From Naegleria gruberi (Eukaryota), in the NCBI GenBank assembly GCA_000004985.1, contig GG739512.1: a stretch of 1,190 bases of DNA, one strand, 5' to 3'. The notes beneath the pieces were generated by a model, which made no database searches, was not told the origin of the DNA, and saw nothing but the letters and a program-made list of their open reading frames with translations. Each line of letters opens with the position of its first letter. Positions within the stretch are counted from its first letter, which is position 1. This document shows positions 1 through 1,190 of this stretch, one piece after another. The translations under genes and the position numbers were made by a program.

Positions 1-271
1 TAGGCTCCGATACTAAACTAGCCTTGTTTTGTTCTTCTTCAATTGTTGAAGAAGGCTTTTTGTTAGAGGAAGGCTTGTTGTTAGAAGCCTCTGATGCTTG
101 TTGTAAAATTGGTAATAATTTAATTGGTTTTTGTTGTGTTGATGATGATGATTTGGAGGCTATTTGGGATTGATTTACTACTCCACTACTTCCTCGTTGT
201 TGTTGTTGTTGTCTATTGTAATGTTGTTGTTGATGTCTACTACTCTTATTTGATGAAACTGCTGGTGACAT
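1..271 (-). CDS. 5' part of a protein-coding gene, with ATG at 271..269 and continuing past the left window edge. It encodes a Ser/Gln/Asn-rich low-complexity N-terminus.
   Basis: I scanned the + strand for tta/cta/tca by frame. The frame with codon start ≡2 (mod 3) has its only minus-strand stop at 292..290, so it is open from 289 down to position 1 (more than 90 codons). The only in-frame Met is cat at 269..271 on +. My own translation is MSPAVSSNKSSRHQQQHYNRQQQQQRGSSGVVNQSQIASKSSSSTQQKPIKLLPILQQASEASNNKPSSNKKPSSTIEEEQNKASLVSEP…. The start context is yeast-like (A at -3, A-rich leader AGAGAATAAAATGTCA). The listed + strand ORF 124..333 is its antisense, a poly-Val/Tyr artefact. Confidence 0.55.
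   Translation of the reverse strand, partial: MSPAVSSNKSSRHQQQHYNRQQQQQRGSSGVVNQSQIASKSSSSTQQKPIKLLPILQQASEASNNKPSSNKKPSSTIEEEQNKASLVSEP
140..152. repeat. (GAT)4 / (TGA)4 trinucleotide repeat inside gene A, encoding a Ser4 tract (TCA codons) on the coding strand.
   Basis: gatgatgatgat at 141-152. The minus-strand codons are TCA x4, giving SSSS. Confidence 0.7.
196..232. repeat. Trinucleotide microsatellites, (GTT)5 at 196-212 and (GTT)3 at 223-232, inside gene A. On the coding strand they are (CAA)n and encode poly-Gln.
   Basis: gttgttgttgttgttgt at 196-212 and gttgttgttg at 223-232. In the minus-strand frame they translate as QQQQQ and QQQ. Confidence 0.7.
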
Positions 272-285
272 TTTATTCTCTTCAA

Positions 286-318
286 TTATTCAGCTATTAT
301 TATTATTTTGCAAATCAT
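286..318 (-). other. Possible 10-codon upstream ORF (MICKIIIIAE*) in the 5' leader of gene A.
   Basis: On the minus strand, ATG at 318..316 is followed by ATT TGC AAA ATA ATA ATA ATA GCT GAA TAA, with the stop at 288..286. It ends 14 nt before the main ATG at 271. Whether it is transcribed depends on the unknown transcription start site. Confidence 0.2.
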
Positions 319-337
319 CAGTTAATTTGTTGAACAA

Positions 338-357
338 AATATATTCACAATATATTA
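338..357 (-). promoter_or_regulatory. TATA-like elements in the putative core promoter of gene A.
   Basis: The minus strand reads …TTAATATATTGTGAATATATTTTGTT… here, which gives two near-consensus TATA(A/T)A(A/T)(A/G)-like AATATATT motifs. They lie about 70-90 nt upstream of the ATG at 271, a typical yeast TATA-to-ATG spacing. Confidence 0.3.
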
Positions 358-394
358 ACCCTTTAGTATTATGAAAATGAAAAATTGGCAAAGG

Positions 395-435
395 TTCCCC
401 CTGTTTTCGAGTCGCTTGTTTGCGACTAGCTAGGA
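395..435. promoter_or_regulatory. GC-rich palindromic island in the AT-rich intergenic region. It comprises a CCCCT (STRE-like) motif at 397-402, a perfect 6-bp inverted repeat AGTCGC/GCGACT (410-415 / 422-427) with a 6-nt spacer, and a CTAGCTAG palindrome at 426-433. It is a candidate transcription-factor binding site upstream of gene A.
   Basis: Directly read from the sequence: ggttccccctgttttcgAGTCGCttgtttGCGACTagctagg. Its local GC content contrasts sharply with the flanks. It sits 125-165 bp upstream of the gene A ATG on the minus strand. Confidence 0.3.
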
Positions 436-700
436 CTAATAAAATTTTATTTTTACGACAATTATTGCAGGGCGATAGGTTTTTGGTTGGTGGATAGTGG
501 TAAAAATTGTTTGAACCAAAAAAAGGATTGATTTGTTGTAAATGTACAACAAATCGAAAATAAAAAGATATATTTCATTCGCCCAATACTGTACTAATTC
601 TCTCCTCTTGAATAGTACCAAAAGGATACTAATCTTCCACCCAGAGTATTCTTTCGATTACCCATCAATAGTGGTGAGGCCAAGATTCAATACTTAATTG

Positions 701-707
701 AGTGAAA
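701..707 (-). terminator. UAUAUA-type efficiency element of a yeast mRNA 3'-end processing signal for gene B, about 25-30 nt downstream of its stop codon.
   Basis: tatatat at 701-707 on + reads ATATATA on the minus strand, shortly after the stop codon at 734..732. An A-rich stretch (AAGAA-like, 645-655 region on -) follows further downstream. This matches the established yeast efficiency and positioning element arrangement. Confidence 0.35.
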
Positions 708-731
708 TCTATATATCTTTGAGTTAATTGT

Positions 732-1190
732 TTAATAATAAATGTGTTTTTTAAGGTGAAAATCTACAAAACACTTTTGATGAATGTAGGAACTACAAGC
801 AGGACATTTGATAGGAGTGAGAGAATGAACATTCTTACAATGCTCACAAAGTCCACGAGTTTTGACACTGGATGGGAAATGCATTGTTCTTTTGAAATAA
901 GGGTTGGTGGATTCACAATCCGATAATGTTGCCTCTTGCAAATATTCATAGAGGGTCAAGTTAGATAGTTTTTTAACATGCTTATAAATTAAATATTGAT
1001 TGACGAGAGCAATACGTAAAACTTCAAAGAGATGGATGATTTTCCAATTATTTACCTTGAAGGGAGCATCCATTTTGTGAAGATAGATACCAGACAAATC
1101 AACACAACCCATACTTTCATTGTAATATTTCTGAACAAGTGGTTGTGAATGAAATGTTTGATTACTCCCTAAATTAGTTAAAAAATTAAC
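732..1190 (-). CDS. 3' part of a protein-coding gene, truncated at the right window edge, encoding a C-terminal Cys/His-rich putative zinc-binding domain. Its identity is not established; a HOPS/CORVET class-C Vps-like or other zinc-finger-containing C-terminus is possible.
   Basis: The listed ORF 732..1112 is 126 aa, with a stop at 734..732 (tta on + = TAA on -). I translated the reverse complement of 1113..1190 in the same frame myself. It reads VNFLTNLGSNQTFHSQPLVQKYYNES before M1112 with no stop, so the frame is open to the window edge (phase 0 at 1190). The C-terminus holds a spaced cluster of potential metal ligands: C..x22..CxxCx3H..x6..CxxCx5HxxC. Two overlapping ORFs on other frames (744..926 +, 764..949 -) are shorter and compositionally odd. 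Confidence 0.6.
   Translation of the reverse strand, partial: VNFLTNLGSNQTFHSQPLVQKYYNESMGCVDLSGIYLHKMDAPFKVNNWKIIHLFEVLRIALVNQYLIYKHVKKLSNLTLYEYLQEATLSDCESTNPYFKRTMHFPSSVKTRGLCEHCKNVHSLTPIKCPACSSYIHQKCFVDFHLKKHIYY

Noticed and set aside
124-333. Listed + strand ORF (69 aa, MVFVVLMMMIWRLFGIDLLLHYFLVVVVVVYCNVVV…)
   Set aside because: It is a poly-Val/Tyr/Leu low-complexity product generated by reading the (GTT)n/(GAT)n repeats antisense. It lies exactly opposite the better-supported minus-strand gene A N-terminus and spans that gene's start codon and leader. I treat it as an antisense artefact.
360-385. tatgaaaatgaaaaa as possible snoRNA C-box (UGAUGA)
   Set aside because: It lacks the GAUGA core. 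There is no D box (CUGA) at the appropriate distance and no terminal stem, so it is not a C/D snoRNA.
404-413. TTCGAGTC, resembling a tRNA T-loop (TTCRANYC)
   Set aside because: The flanking bases cannot form a T-stem (ctgtt vs cgctt are not complementary). Nothing upstream resembles D or anticodon arms on either strand, so this is not a tRNA.
445-455. 10/11 match to the S. cerevisiae ARS consensus (WTTTAYRTTTW) in ttttatttttta
   Set aside because: Such near-matches are expected by chance in 75%-AT intergenic DNA. ACS motifs are not conserved outside Saccharomyces sensu stricto, and there is no supporting B-element evidence.
479-500. G/T-rich run ggtttttggttggtggatagtggt as a possible G-quadruplex
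   Set aside because: It has only GG doublets separated by T, with no runs of three or more G, so it does not satisfy a G4 motif. More likely it is just a T-tract/GT-rich promoter element.
436-621. Listed minus-strand ORF (61 aa) in the intergenic region
   Set aside because: It is short and hydrophobic with an AT-driven composition (many I/F/Y/K). It sits between a terminator and a promoter with no recognisable start context or motif. It is most likely a chance ORF in AT-rich DNA; only ribosome profiling could rescue it.
744-949. Listed ORFs 744..926 (+) and 764..949 (-) overlapping gene B
   Set aside because: Both are about 60 aa and lie entirely inside the longer 732..1190 minus-strand frame, whose cysteine-cluster domain makes coding sense. 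They are alternative-frame or antisense shadows.

Overview
The 1190-bp window is AT-rich (roughly one-third GC) and reads like eukaryotic, budding-yeast-type nuclear DNA; a CTG-clade yeast is possible but no CTG codon occurs in frame to test it. It is not a prokaryotic accessory locus, and I see no CRISPR array, rRNA, tRNA, transposon end or defence-system architecture. The best-supported reading is two tandem protein-coding genes on the minus strand separated by a 460-bp AT-rich intergenic region. Neither gene appears in the supplied ORF track as such, because both run off the window edges.

Gene B occupies 1190..732. Its reading frame is open from the right window edge (phase 0 at 1190), its stop codon is at 734..732, and it ends in a Cys/His-rich, zinc-finger-like C-terminus (…CEHCKNVHSLTPIKCPACSSYIHQKC…). 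The listed 126-aa ORF 732..1112 is the in-window part of this gene.

Gene A starts at an ATG at 271..269 in a typical yeast initiation context (AGAGAATAAAATGTCA). Its frame stays open all the way to position 1, across more than 90 codons. It encodes a Ser/Gln/Asn-rich low-complexity N-terminus built partly from (CAA)n and (TCA)n trinucleotide repeats.

The intergenic region contains a UAUAUA-type 3'-end efficiency element for gene B and TATA-like and A/T tracts upstream of gene A. It also holds a conspicuous 40-bp GC-rich island (395-435) with a CCCCT motif, a 6-bp-stem hairpin and a CTAGCTAG palindrome. A short upstream ORF may lie in gene A's leader.

All other listed ORFs (124..333 +, 436..621 -, 744..926 +, 764..949 -) look like antisense or intergenic artefacts. 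Nothing points to a dramatic undescribed system. The most interesting items are the uncharacterised Cys/His C-terminal module and the GC-rich palindromic promoter island.
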